Origin: a virus
Taxonomy: Duplodnaviria; Caudoviricetes
IMG/VR virus record: IMGVR_UViG_3300025621_001498
Location: 1 to 53,366 of that record
Length of the DNA stretch: 53,366 nucleotides
Reading direction: 5' to 3' (one strand)
The position numbers and the translations under genes were made by a program. Below, piece by piece: positions 1 through 9,782 of the stretch; the stretch's first letter is position 1, and each line of letters starts with the position of its first letter. The notes beneath the pieces are model-generated. The model saw nothing but the letters and a program-made list of their open reading frames with translations, was not told the origin of the DNA and made no database searches.

Positions 1-552
1 TCACCCTCCCCCTTTTACCCCGTCATAAGCACGCTCACACGCAGTACCCGCTACTCCCCGCTCGTCGGCGACTCCAGCATAGAGTTGAGCGAGCGCTCCA
101 AGCCGGCCGAGCAGCTCGGTACGCACTCGGGAATCGGCTTCTGCTGCCGCGCTGAGCTGGGCAGTGATGGTATTGCCGGCGTCACGACTGCGGCGCTCAG
201 CTGCTTCGAGGCGCAGCTTGAGCCGCTCAAGAGCACTACCAGCATTGGCAGCATCAGTCCGAGCTGCTTCCAATTGTTGTTCGGCATCCTTCTGTACCTC
301 ATCTATTGCCGCTATGCGGCGCTTGGTTTCCTGCAGGGCTGCCAGCGTTGCCTTGCGGTCACGCTCGCTCACTTCGGTTTTGTAGTCGGCCAGGGTCGTA
401 GCTGAGTTGGCCGCCTTGGTCAGCGCACCCGCCGCCTCAACCTGGGCGATGGCCACCCGCACCTGCTGCGCACCTCCGACCAGTACCAGGGACAGCGCCC
501 AGGCCATGGCCAGCCACGCCCAGGAAGGGACCAGTTTTAGCCAGGCCCCCAT
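1..552 (-). CDS. Rz-like i-spanin
   Basis: N-terminal TM helix then coiled coil; ATG 552 overlaps endolysin stop (TGATG). Confidence 0.8.
   Translation of the reverse strand: MGAWLKLVPSWAWLAMAWALSLVLVGGAQQVRVAIAQVEAAGALTKAANSATTLADYKTEVSERDRKATLAALQETKRRIAAIDEVQKDAEQQLEAARTDAANAGSALERLKLRLEAAERRSRDAGNTITAQLSAAAEADSRVRTELLGRLGALAQLYAGVADERGVAGTACERAYDGVKGGG
51..302 (-). CDS. Rz1-like o-spanin lipoprotein embedded in Rz
   Basis: Alternative frame inside Rz; hydrophobic stretch ending in Cys, Pro-rich body, PECVPSC motif; exact start uncertain. Confidence 0.6.
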   Translation of the reverse strand: MRYRRMPNNNWKQLGLMLPMLVVLLSGSSCASKQLSAAVVTPAIPSLPSSARQQKPIPECVPSCSAGLERSLNSMLESPTSGE

Positions 553-989
553 CACGGCACATCCTTGGAGAAGATGTGCCGGCCGATCTTGCACGTGCGA
601 GTAGCGCGTGCAGCCCAGGCCGGCGGAGTTTTCATAGTGGTGGAGTAGTAGTGCGTGGCTTTCCCGGTCGGGTCGGGCTGGTGACCATCGATCACGGCAA
701 CAGCAGCCTCACGGCACTGGATGAACTGAGCCGCCGGGATCTGCTTCTCGCCGCGCAGGTAGGCTGAGTTCGGGTCGTTGCGGTTCCAGCAGCTGAACTG
801 CCAGGGGGCCTTACATACGCCGGCATAGCCTTCGCCCCACCAATCCGGCTTGCCGTCATTGTGCAGGTCCATCTCTACCCGGTTGCGGATGCACCAGCCC
901 ACCGCAATCTGGCCGGCCTGACCTTCGCCGCGCGCCTCACCCCAGATCGTGCGGGCAAGCACATCAATATCAATCTCACGCTGACTCAT
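552..989 (-). CDS. Endolysin, SleB/Hydrolase_2-type cell wall hydrolase
   Basis: LARTIWGEARGE, WQFSCWN, DPTGKATHYY, IGRHIF motifs; GGAG SD before ATG 989. Confidence 0.9.
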   Translation of the reverse strand: MSQREIDIDVLARTIWGEARGEGQAGQIAVGWCIRNRVEMDLHNDGKPDWWGEGYAGVCKAPWQFSCWNRNDPNSAYLRGEKQIPAAQFIQCREAAVAVIDGHQPDPTGKATHYYSTTMKTPPAWAARATRTCKIGRHIFSKDVP

Positions 990-1005
990 ACTTTTCTCCA
1001 GGCGT

Positions 1006-1027
1006 AAAAAATCCCGCACTTGGCGGG
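1006..1027 (-). terminator. Intrinsic terminator-like hairpin upstream of endolysin
   Basis: Minus strand CCCGC-CAAGT-GCGGG-ATTTTTT. Confidence 0.55.
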
Positions 1028-1089
1028 CATGGTCTAGGCTGTGGATTGCGCGCAAGGCGCCCCCACTTATCTATGCAAGGATGCTATCG

Positions 1090-1302
1090 ATGGGACTGAT
1101 CATCGCCCGCAAACTCAACGAAGAGTTCGTACTGATCACCGCGCCAGGGGCTGATCCTGCGCTGCTTGCTGAGCAGTTAGCCGAGGGCTTCACTATCAGG
1201 GTGCACGAAATTAACGACTCAGGCACCAATGTGCGGCTGGACATCTGCGCCCCGGCGGGCCTCAAGATTCTGCGTAGCGAGCTGCTTGATCGCGAGCCTT
1301 AG
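1090..1302 (+). CDS. CsrA/RsmA-family RNA-binding regulator, RsmN/RsmF-like
   Basis: MGLIIARKLNE...VRLDICAPAGLKILRSEL fits the CsrA pattern, with an inserted helix (PALLAEQLAEG) as in RsmN; AAGGA SD. Confidence 0.75.
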   Translation: MGLIIARKLNEEFVLITAPGADPALLAEQLAEGFTIRVHEINDSGTNVRLDICAPAGLKILRSELLDREP

Positions 1303-1760
1303 GCAGCCAGGCGCAGTGCCCAGCTTTCGGTCAGCCACCGACACTGCGCTCCAGTCGTTTGCGGGTTGTAGATCGAAGGGTTCGGCAACGCCAAGGCGCG
1401 CATGCACCACTCTGAACAGAAGGCAGCATGCTGGGTCGGCCGGTTGCGGTTGAAAACCTGGCTGGCGATCAGTGATGGCCAGCCGTAAACGTCGCTGTCA
1501 GTGGCCTCGAAGTAGCGCACGATGGCGGTGCCGTCTGCCCACGGCAGCTCGATCAGATCCCAGTGATCTTCCCCCAGGCTGATTTCATCAGCGCCAGGCC
1601 CTACCCGCTTACGGCGCACGCCTTTGTCCATCACAGAGCTGGAGTAGCACCAGCCATCCACCACCAGCTCACAGTGGCTGTATTGGCTGCCCGTCCACCA
1701 GCGTATAGCGGCATTGCCGCGCTGGCCTTTGCCTTTGTACAGCGCGAGTTGTGCTGGCAT
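1299..1760 (-). CDS. Permuted papain-like (NlpC/P60, YiiX-like) peptidase/amidase
   Basis: YSHCE His motif precedes FCSEW Cys motif. Confidence 0.65.
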   Translation of the reverse strand: MPAQLALYKGKGQRGNAAIRWWTGSQYSHCELVVDGWCYSSSVMDKGVRRKRVGPGADEISLGEDHWDLIELPWADGTAIVRYFEATDSDVYGWPSLIASQVFNRNRPTQHAAFCSEWCMRALALPNPSIYNPQTTGAQCRWLTESWALRLAA

Positions 1761-2368
1761 CAGAAAAGCTCCTGCAGCTGTGCGGGTGGCGTACTCATGA
1801 TCAGCTCGGCCTGGGCCTGCATCTCGGCGTACAGGCTGAGCGGTATTGTGTAGTCCAGTTCCGGGTTGCCACCCGCTTTGATCTGGTCCTCATACTTCTG
1901 CCGCGTGCCGGTTAGATACGAGCTGACCATTTCGAACTGCTGCGCCTTTGTCAGCGTGCGCAGCAAGTATTCCACCCGATCAATCCCGCGTGTTGCAGCT
2001 GCACGATCAATCCATGGGGTGAGCGCGTTATCTGGATCGTCCACCCAGGCTTTTGACTCTTTGTCTTGGGTGGGCCACGTGTCCTTCTCAAGCTGCGGGT
2101 AGTCTGCGGTGATGGCCATCGTTGCCAGCTCGTAACCCGCGTTGTTCGCGAGCAATCGGAGAGCGCGTAGCTCTTGCTCGGTAGGCACCGGCACCGGCAC
2201 CGGTTCAGGCTCCGGCACCGGCTCAGGCCCAACATTAAAGCCGTCCTCTATGCTAACAACCAACCCTTCAAGCAGCCCGGCAAGGGCCTCGAAATACTGC
2301 TGCTCAGTGATTTCGATACCGCCCTCAATTGGGTCGCGACTGATGCGGTTATCTGCTGCATAGGGCAT
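1760..2368 (-). CDS. Tail fibre assembly/associated protein
   Basis: Follows the fibre gene; IEITEQQY motif, PEPV linker, YPQLEKDTW. Confidence 0.6.
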   Translation of the reverse strand: MPYAADNRISRDPIEGGIEITEQQYFEALAGLLEGLVVSIEDGFNVGPEPVPEPEPVPVPVPTEQELRALRLLANNAGYELATMAITADYPQLEKDTWPTQDKESKAWVDDPDNALTPWIDRAAATRGIDRVEYLLRTLTKAQQFEMVSSYLTGTRQKYEDQIKAGGNPELDYTIPLSLYAEMQAQAELIMSTPPAQLQELF

Positions 2369-2904
2369 CAGCGAATCCTCATGTAATAGTCCGCACCGAT
2401 GTTCTTGGCGCGGGTTTCGTTTGCTGTCCGGCCGGATGCGCCACCGGTAGCTACCCCATTGTTAATACCGTTCGGGCGGGCATAAATGCTATCGGGTGGG
2501 CCTAATCCGTTGGTTACAGGTTGGTTGTAGGTGTGGGTGTGCGCTTCCATTGCGTCAGCTTCTACAGTCCCGCTTGAGCCAGCTCGCACGAAACGGCGCT
2601 CAGTGTTAATTAGCCGAACCGTCTGGCCATTCAGCGCGCTGCCAGAGTCGCTAATCGCAGCAGTTGCCTGCACCAGCGGTGCAGACCCGCTGACTGATTC
2701 GCTGGTGAGCACTCCCGTGTTGTAGCTGTCGCTGGCGGTCAGCTTGATGTAGCGGTAGTTCGGGTTGTCGGTTGGCGGTGCCGCTACTCCGGTGAGGTGC
2801 GTCCAGAGCGGGAATGGTGAGCCGATAGGGATGAGCGCCCACACATCAATCTGTTCCTGCGAAGCAATGTCTTCAGCATCGCTTCGCAGGCCTACGTGCC
2901 TCAT
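2368..2904 (-). CDS. Short tail fibre / tail-collar-like protein
   Basis: IPIGSPFP, FVRAG, EAHTH, NETRAKN collar-type motifs; ATG 2904 overlaps upstream stop. Confidence 0.7.
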   Translation of the reverse strand: MRHVGLRSDAEDIASQEQIDVWALIPIGSPFPLWTHLTGVAAPPTDNPNYRYIKLTASDSYNTGVLTSESVSGSAPLVQATAAISDSGSALNGQTVRLINTERRFVRAGSSGTVEADAMEAHTHTYNQPVTNGLGPPDSIYARPNGINNGVATGGASGRTANETRAKNIGADYYMRIR

Positions 2905-3623
2905 GCCACCACCGTTACCCGGTATTGCCCGGTGGTTGGGGCAACGCCAAAGGTGATCTGCACGGTGTCGTCGGTGTTGGCTACCCAATCAGCAATAACG
3001 CCAGCATTGCTCGACACTTCCTTAACGCTCACGATCAGGTCGCGGCTATCCAGGTTGTGGGTAACAGAAATTGTGGTAGCGGTGCCGTCGCCGATGGTGG
3101 CGCTAACCTTGCGCGCTACCACGGCGTCATCGATGGAGATAACCCCGCCACTGATGACGATGCCGGCGCCGGCGGTATAGCTCGCACCGCCGCCGACCTG
3201 AGCCCACACCAGGTCAGTGGTGCCAATCGTGATTGGCCCATCAGTGGTCATGTGCCACTGGCTGTTGCCGTTGGCTGTGCCCTCAGAAACGAAGACTGTT
3301 GCGCCAACCACTTCAGTGCCGGCGTCAAAGTCTGCAGCGCGAGACCAAGCGCCGGTGGCGGCGACGTAAATGCCATTGGCCGAGCCGGCGCTTTGATCCT
3401 TAACCAACACCCGGTCGCCCGCAACAACGCTCACACCATCGATGGTTTGCGCACCAGAGAGCGTGATGTTTGCAGCGCTGGCAGCCCGGACAGGCTCTTT
3501 CCACTTCCAGCCCTGCACGGCGGCATCGAGCTGGGCTTTGCTTACCGCGTCCTGGGGGTCAGTGGCATCAGCCAGGTTCTGAACCCGGAAGCCATCGGCG
3601 TTTAGGTGATTGGTGATTTTCAT
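2901..3623 (-). CDS. Virion/tail fibre-like structural protein
   Basis: DAVSKAQLD, LSGAQTIDG, GDRVLVKDQ, NGIY motifs of phage structural proteins. Confidence 0.7.
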   Translation of the reverse strand: MKITNHLNADGFRVQNLADATDPQDAVSKAQLDAAVQGWKWKEPVRAASAANITLSGAQTIDGVSVVAGDRVLVKDQSAGSANGIYVAATGAWSRAADFDAGTEVVGATVFVSEGTANGNSQWHMTTDGPITIGTTDLVWAQVGGGASYTAGAGIVISGGVISIDDAVVARKVSATIGDGTATTISVTHNLDSRDLIVSVKEVSSNAGVIADWVANTDDTVQITFGVAPTTGQYRVTVVA

Positions 3624-3631
3624 GGGCGCTC

Positions 3632-3958
3632 CTAGTTGCAGTAGGCGAAGCCAGCAACAGGCCGGCCGTGCGTGATTTGGATGATGTTGTCGTCGATGTA
3701 GCGGATATCGGAGATCACGGCATTGCCGGCCAGGTCGGTGACCATGACGCTGGGGCGGCGCTGCAGGTTGTGGGGCACCGTCCAAACAGCTGCCGGATCT
3801 GCTTGCTCAAACTGGAATGTTTCGCCACCGTTAAGCCCTGGCCGCCCAGCAGGCCCCTGCCGCCCACCCGCCACCACTACCGCAGGCGCTTGGCGCGGCT
3901 CTACCACCACAACAAAGGGTTGCCCGCCCACGACAACCGCAGGGCAGCAATCACCCAT
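3632..3958 (-). CDS. Small tail protein with short collagen-like stretch
   Basis: GRQGPAGRPG and WTVPHNL; in tail operon. Confidence 0.55.
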   Translation of the reverse strand: MGDCCPAVVVGGQPFVVVVEPRQAPAVVVAGGRQGPAGRPGLNGGETFQFEQADPAAVWTVPHNLQRRPSVMVTDLAGNAVISDIRYIDDNIIQITHGRPVAGFAYCN

Positions 3959-4532
3959 GGCAGCCACCACTGACGGTCACGTCACCCGACAGCCAGCGGA
4001 TCACGTCGCCATCGCTCATGGTCAGGTCCAAGTCATAGGTGCCGCGCTTCCAGGTGATGGCGTTGCTCTGCTCTACGGTGAGCACGATCATCATCTGCCC
4101 CAGGCCCTCAATCACCAGTCCGCCGTTGGCGGTGGTCAGCTCAAGCTGGTGGCCGGGGCCGCACAGCAGCAAGCGCCCGCTGCAGCCGGCAAGGTCAACC
4201 GGGAGTTGGTAGGTGATGCGCCCACCGGTAGCGCGGCTGTCCACGCCGTCGAGGTTGTTGAATTCCAGGGTGTTGGCATCAATCACATCAGGCATGTAAA
4301 AGGCTTCGCGCCCGGGCTCGCGGTTCAGCGAACCACCGCCCGACACCCCGCGAAGCCATACCGGCCAGGTGCCTGGCAGGCCATGGCCTGGCACGGTCAT
4401 GCGCAGGGGCGCGGTGCGGTGTATCTCGGTAATGGTCGGCGAAGGTGAAACGAACTGCGGCTGCATCAGCCACAGCGGTTTGCGGTTGGTAGCACCCCGA
4501 ACGAGAGGCAGGTCTAGGCGGGCCGGCTGCAT
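3951..4532 (-). CDS. Tail protein
   Basis: Coupled ORF in tail operon; C-terminal YDLDLT..G.V pattern. Confidence 0.55.
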   Translation of the reverse strand: MQPARLDLPLVRGATNRKPLWLMQPQFVSPSPTITEIHRTAPLRMTVPGHGLPGTWPVWLRGVSGGGSLNREPGREAFYMPDVIDANTLEFNNLDGVDSRATGGRITYQLPVDLAGCSGRLLLCGPGHQLELTTANGGLVIEGLGQMMIVLTVEQSNAITWKRGTYDLDLTMSDGDVIRWLSGDVTVSGGCHG

Positions 4533-4587
4533 GGCTGGCTACTCCATTATGGTTTTTGGCGACCGCAGAAGGCCGGGCGGCCTGCTC

Positions 4588-5457
4588 TTATGGCAGGTCG
4601 ATAAATGTGATGCCGGTATAGGGCAACCGCGCGAGGCTAATGCTGACCTCGGCGTTAAGTTCATCTGCCATATCAAGGTATGAGCGCAGCCCGACCAGGG
4701 TCAGGCGCACAGGGTGATCGGTCTCGATGGTGAGCACATCGCCGACGCGGCTAATCGTTGCGCCTGAGTCGAAGTCTTCGCCGCCAATGTAGGTGGCCAC
4801 CACGCCGGCGGGCAGTGCATCGGCCAGGTCGACATGCACCGTCATTGGGTTGGCCGCGCTGCCCATGGCATCGATCACAAAGCCATGAGGCAAAACCGGC
4901 CATTCTGGTAGCTCTAACGTGCACTCAACCTCAGCCGCTGAACCGTCTGCCACGCCAACACGCGCCGCGCGGGCCTCGCGCGGCACGGCATTGGTGGTGC
5001 CTGCAGTGGTGGCGTCATAGTTATAGGGCGCCGGCTCACCAAGCACCTGGGCCCATTGCTCCGGAAAGTCCGAACCAAGGGCGATATATGCGGGCCCAGC
5101 GGGCGCGATATACAGCGCCCCAACCGAGGGCGGCGCGAGCGCCGGCGGGTCTTCACCGGTTACAACCTCAGCGCCACCACCCAGCGAAAACAGCGAAAGC
5201 ATGCCAGCAGTAATGCCCGCATAGATCACGCTGCCCTCTGGCCAGTTGCGCTCCAGCGTGCCTTCCATCCCGCGGGTAAGCGTGGCGGTGCCATCCACTA
5301 CCACGGCCTCGACAATCTCCCACACGGTGGCCAAAGCAGTGGCCGAGTCCGCAATGGTTAGGCGGTAAGTGCCATCGGGCAAATCCAGCGCGCACTCGGT
5401 TACGCCGACTTCCAGGGTTATCCCCCGCAGCCAGTTGTTAATGAAGTTCATGGACAC
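4588..5457 (-). CDS. Tail protein
   Basis: LTRGMEGT..WPEGS motif; position in tail operon. Confidence 0.55.
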   Translation of the reverse strand: MSMNFINNWLRGITLEVGVTECALDLPDGTYRLTIADSATALATVWEIVEAVVVDGTATLTRGMEGTLERNWPEGSVIYAGITAGMLSLFSLGGGAEVVTGEDPPALAPPSVGALYIAPAGPAYIALGSDFPEQWAQVLGEPAPYNYDATTAGTTNAVPREARAARVGVADGSAAEVECTLELPEWPVLPHGFVIDAMGSAANPMTVHVDLADALPAGVVATYIGGEDFDSGATISRVGDVLTIETDHPVRLTLVGLRSYLDMADELNAEVSISLARLPYTGITFIDLP

Positions 5458-5465
5458 TCCTAGGT

Positions 5466-7013
5466 TTAAATCCAGCCCTGTATCAACTGGTCAGCCGGCA
5501 GGTCACAGGCGCGCACTGCGTTGCGGGTAATGGGGCATAGAGCACCGTCATAAAGCGGGCGAAATGCTGAATCGCGACGAATGTTGGCCAGGTCTTCTTG
5601 GGCACCGGAAACACCCGTGGCATGCAGCATTGGTGATTGCGCGCCGTTATCGTCGTCATCAAATGCGACCGCCAAACCCTGGAAGCTTCGGTTGCGGCGA
5701 AGCGCTGCGGTGGCAACGGGACTGCCAGTGTTTAAACCGAGTCGATTACGGCTCGGTAACACCAGCCCACCTGGTGGCGGATAAACGAAAAGCCACTTGA
5801 GCGTTGGAACATACGGCAGGGCACCAGAATATGAGCGGCCCATAATGCTGCCCGCTGAGCTGCCCGTTACATCGTCGCCAGTGCCGCCGGCGGTGACGGT
5901 TACCGTGAAGTCACCCGATATGCTGTGGCCGCCAAACCTGGCCGTGATGCTTTCAGTAAAGGTTTCCAAGCGAGTGATCGTGTCCGGTATCGCTGGCGGG
6001 CTTGAGCTACCGTCATAGCTGCACTCACCGGGGCTTATCTCGGTGCCGGTATAGCCTGGGTTTGACCAGCTGCCAGACAGATCATGTGAGTACGTGTAAT
6101 CGCACGTGAAGTATTCAATGCTGCCTTCGATGTAGAGAGCGCCAGTCACTAGCCCGAAGCGCGCACTGGTGCGTGACGCGCTACCGGCATCTGCCAGATT
6201 GGGCCGCCACTCTTCTCCGGCCGTCACAAGCTCCCAGGAAAGCGCGCAGGGCCCAGGAAATAGCGGGCTTCGGCGCTGGTAGTCGTGCATGCCCGTGTTG
6301 GTGTAGGTGCCCAGGCAATCCTCAATCTGAGCAACCACATCTACCGCGCCTACTACCACATCCTCATCCAGGCTCAGGGTGACTTCGAAGAAGCCCACCG
6401 GCACAAGCTCATAGGGCTGAATGCTTACCCCCGCTCGCTCAAGATGCACGGCATAAAGCCGGCGTACACCATCCGGCGTGGCATCACTGAAGTTCACACC
6501 GAGGCGCATGCCAGTCGTGCCGGAAATCGGATTGAGGTCTTCCTCGCTGTAGATGTTTTCGAGCACTACACCGAAGTCAGCCATGGTCAGGGTTTCAAAT
6601 ATCGGGCCCTGTGAGTCGCCCTTTACTTGCAGGCGCAAATCAATACCAGTGCTCTCCGGGAACAAGAGCACCTCAATCTGGTGGGTTTTATCGGCCAGCC
6701 TAACTGGCATAGAGCCGCCGGCGCGCATCACCCGCCTCCCCAGTGACCGGCCGCTGGCGGCCTCAATCAAAGGGGACTCTGGTGGGTCGGCGCGGCCTAT
6801 ATCCCACAACACACCAGCCTGGTGAGGGCTGTAGTTATGCATGTGAGGGCTAGCGTTAAGGCTTACCCATGTATCGGGGACCTCAATTGCGGGCCGGCCA
6901 TCACGCGGGTCCAACCACTCCACACCGCTCACCCGATAGATCAGGCCGTGGAACGGGTACGGATCAACCGCATCCACCTTGCCCAGAAACGGCCACTGGC
7001 TAGATTCACTCAT
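5466..7013 (-). CDS. Large tail protein, possible receptor-binding protein
   Basis: About 515 aa, beta-rich ORF in distal tail region. Confidence 0.5.
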   Translation of the reverse strand: MSESSQWPFLGKVDAVDPYPFHGLIYRVSGVEWLDPRDGRPAIEVPDTWVSLNASPHMHNYSPHQAGVLWDIGRADPPESPLIEAASGRSLGRRVMRAGGSMPVRLADKTHQIEVLLFPESTGIDLRLQVKGDSQGPIFETLTMADFGVVLENIYSEEDLNPISGTTGMRLGVNFSDATPDGVRRLYAVHLERAGVSIQPYELVPVGFFEVTLSLDEDVVVGAVDVVAQIEDCLGTYTNTGMHDYQRRSPLFPGPCALSWELVTAGEEWRPNLADAGSASRTSARFGLVTGALYIEGSIEYFTCDYTYSHDLSGSWSNPGYTGTEISPGECSYDGSSSPPAIPDTITRLETFTESITARFGGHSISGDFTVTVTAGGTGDDVTGSSAGSIMGRSYSGALPYVPTLKWLFVYPPPGGLVLPSRNRLGLNTGSPVATAALRRNRSFQGLAVAFDDDDNGAQSPMLHATGVSGAQEDLANIRRDSAFRPLYDGALCPITRNAVRACDLPADQLIQGWI

Positions 7014-7443
7014 CAGGCACATCCAGGTTCATGATCGCCGTAGCGCCGTCCACATCGGTAAAGGTCAGTTTGCTGGCCACCAACACCCGGAAATAGCCGC
7101 TGCCATCAAAGGTCTCAACAAAGACCGGATCGGGGGCGTATTCACGTGTGCCGGGCTGCTCGGTCAGCGGGAAGCCAGTGCCAGCACCACCGCGCCCCAC
7201 CGCCGGATAATCCGCACGGCCACGGGTGGCAGGCACCGCACCTACCGGCGCTAATGGCCTCAGGCTCTGGCGAGTACGCTCAGGCTTGGCCAGCGAGCGA
7301 ATATCCTCAACAGCTGTACGCCCAGTGCGGGCCTCGATGTTGGCTTTTTCAATCGCCCGGCGCGCGGCTGCAGCAGCTTCGCCAGTACCACGCGATGCCG
7401 CGGCCGCTTCACCGCTGCGCCGGCGGCGTTCTTCGTTGGTCAT
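7006..7443 (-). CDS. Tail-associated hypothetical protein
   Basis: Coupled ORF in tail operon. Confidence 0.55.
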   Translation of the reverse strand: MTNEERRRRSGEAAAASRGTGEAAAAARRAIEKANIEARTGRTAVEDIRSLAKPERTRQSLRPLAPVGAVPATRGRADYPAVGRGGAGTGFPLTEQPGTREYAPDPVFVETFDGSGYFRVLVASKLTFTDVDGATAIMNLDVPDE

Positions 7444-7444
7444 G

Positions 7445-9232
7445 TCACATCTCCAACGTGTTTTCGGGCACGCCTACGCTGTAAAAGCGATCAAGCTCAT
7501 ACACCTTCTCGTCTCGGTCTTCAGCAGGCAGCTCGCTCGCCGGCGCGGTAAGCCGGCGCGGGAACTGCTCAGTGGCGCCAAGCGATGTGTAGTTACCGGC
7601 AAACCCATCCAGCTCATCGTCGTATGGGTCGGCGCCCGCCTCGGCCAACTGCGTTGGCAAAGTGCGTTGCGGCTGAGTGCCAGGTTGCTCGTCATCAGGC
7701 AGGCCAAGGCGACCAGGCACGGTGAGTGCGCTGCTCTCCCCGCCGCCACTCATCAAGGCAATGCTGATCTGCGTGATTGCTGTGCCTGCAAGGTGGTCGA
7801 AGGTATCCACAATCCGCGCGCACTTGCCGTCTGCCACAACACGCTGATCATCCAGCGACAGCGTATGCACCAGGTCAACGTCCATGGCCATGCTTGTCGG
7901 CACAGACCAGAAAGCGCGCGCACCACGGCTGGCTTTGTACAGTTCAGCCCGGGCAGTCCAGAGCGCCACTTCCAACATGGAGCGTCGCCGCGATTCCTCA
8001 CTGAGGTCTTGCGTTCCATCGATGTTGCCGGCCGGCAAATCGCCCCCACCGATACCAATGGCGCCGGTGAACTCCAACGCGTTCAGGGCATCCACCCACC
8101 CTTCTGCAATCGGGCTTTCAATCTGCAGGCTGTAGCCGGTGCGCTGCACCACACGCTCATCCGCCGACACACCAGCCGGAGTGGCCAGGGTTAACCGATA
8201 AGTCTCGGTAACCGTTTGCACCCATCGGCGCGCGCTCGTCCAGGTGGCGCCAAGCAGCAAATCAGGCACGGTGTTTAACCACGGCACCTCATCACCGCAG
8301 GGGTTTGGCATGGTCAGCGGCAGCAAGTAATAGCTTGCCGATACTAGGACCTGGCCAGCGTTGTTCGCAGCCCCTTGCACCATGTCGATGGTAGGCAGCT
8401 CGCTGTTACGCGCGCGCCAGGCGCAGAAGCCCCCAATGCCGCCGATGTTCTCGGTGTCTGGGTGCGTCCAGGTGTAGGTCTCATTGAACTGCCACAACCG
8501 CGGGTAGCGGTAGCTCACCTCAATCTCAACCCGATTGACCGCGCCTGAAAGCGGAGCAAGCTGCACATCGACCGACTGATCGAGCGTAGTGCCCGGGCCA
8601 AAGTGGAAGCTGGGCGCCACTGGCAACCAGCTGGTGGTACGCAGCTCACCACTCGGCGAGCAATCCAGGCTGGCTGCGCGGCTCTCCATGCGCTCCAGGG
8701 CATAGTCCCAGCGGCTGCGCCCTTCTACAGGTTCGTGCACATCAGCCGACCACAGGCCAAGCGTAAGCGCATCAATCGTCGCAACGCTCAACGCCTCAAC
8801 CCGCTGCTGTAGCCGGTCGCTGCACTCGCATGTCATCAGCCGCGATTCAGGGCTCCAGACCGGATCGATAATGCTGCCGGTAAAGCGCCGCACTTCAGTG
8901 ATCACGCCCAGGCTTTTGCTGATGTAGTCGATGGTTACGCTACGACCCAGCCACTGCAGCGGCAGTACCGGGCTATCCGCTACATAGATCTGCAGCTGCG
9001 CGATCGCAGCAGCTCCCTCTTCACGGTCGATGGTCACCGTACCAGTCAGCAAGTCGCTCATATCCACGCCGCCAACGATCACCCGCAGGCGCCACTGGAA
9101 GCCAAAGCCACGCACCACATACTCAGGCACGTCCGGCCCAGGCTCTGGGCCAGGGTCATGGTCAGGGAAGTCAGGGGTTACATATGCCAGGCTGTTCAGG
9201 GGCGCGCTGTTAATGGGGCCTGCGTTGATCAT
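7445..9232 (-). CDS. Tail tip/hub protein
   Basis: 595 aa, second gene after tape measure. Confidence 0.6.
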   Translation of the reverse strand: MINAGPINSAPLNSLAYVTPDFPDHDPGPEPGPDVPEYVVRGFGFQWRLRVIVGGVDMSDLLTGTVTIDREEGAAAIAQLQIYVADSPVLPLQWLGRSVTIDYISKSLGVITEVRRFTGSIIDPVWSPESRLMTCECSDRLQQRVEALSVATIDALTLGLWSADVHEPVEGRSRWDYALERMESRAASLDCSPSGELRTTSWLPVAPSFHFGPGTTLDQSVDVQLAPLSGAVNRVEIEVSYRYPRLWQFNETYTWTHPDTENIGGIGGFCAWRARNSELPTIDMVQGAANNAGQVLVSASYYLLPLTMPNPCGDEVPWLNTVPDLLLGATWTSARRWVQTVTETYRLTLATPAGVSADERVVQRTGYSLQIESPIAEGWVDALNALEFTGAIGIGGGDLPAGNIDGTQDLSEESRRRSMLEVALWTARAELYKASRGARAFWSVPTSMAMDVDLVHTLSLDDQRVVADGKCARIVDTFDHLAGTAITQISIALMSGGGESSALTVPGRLGLPDDEQPGTQPQRTLPTQLAEAGADPYDDELDGFAGNYTSLGATEQFPRRLTAPASELPAEDRDEKVYELDRFYSVGVPENTLEM

Positions 9233-9738
9233 CAGGCCTCCTCAAGCGTCATAGACCAAGTCCAGCGCCCACTAGATGGTGACTGGGTTTTGGTCGGGCG
9301 CTTGGCAAATACGGAATACACAGGGAACCACCACACCTGGTAAAGGCGAGCGCCAGGCACATCAGCAACGGTAACGATCGAACCTTCAATAGAAACCGGG
9401 GCTCGTTGCAGCCGCTCATCAACCAGGGCAAAGCCCCACGGGGCATGATCTGGGCGAGCAGGGCTGATCAATGAAAATACCCTTTCCGTAGACTGCATCG
9501 TTTCAGGATGGTTACTGCGAAACTCCATCGGCGATCCATAGTCCAGGCCATCTAAGCCTGGGGGGGCAAAGCCTGAAGCACCGATTGTGAATATGAGTTT
9601 CTCCCAGCGGGTCATTTTCACCCCAGTGCCATCGCTAAGCCGCAGCACTGTGCTGCCTCCAAGCTCATCATTGCCAGGTTCCGGCGTGCCGGCATGCGGC
9701 AGTATTTCAACGCCGCCGAGCATGAGTGCGAATGCCAT
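9232..9738 (-). CDS. Distal tail-like protein
   Basis: Immediately after tape measure; ends WSMTLEEA. Confidence 0.6.
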   Translation of the reverse strand: MAFALMLGGVEILPHAGTPEPGNDELGGSTVLRLSDGTGVKMTRWEKLIFTIGASGFAPPGLDGLDYGSPMEFRSNHPETMQSTERVFSLISPARPDHAPWGFALVDERLQRAPVSIEGSIVTVADVPGARLYQVWWFPVYSVFAKRPTKTQSPSSGRWTWSMTLEEA

Positions 9739-9782
9739 TCAGGAAACTCCAGGCGAACAAGCCCGCATTAGACGGGCTGATA

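Noticed and set aside
2180-2230. Tandem GGCACC/GGCTCA repeats
   Set aside because: Encode an ordinary Pro-Glu-Val linker
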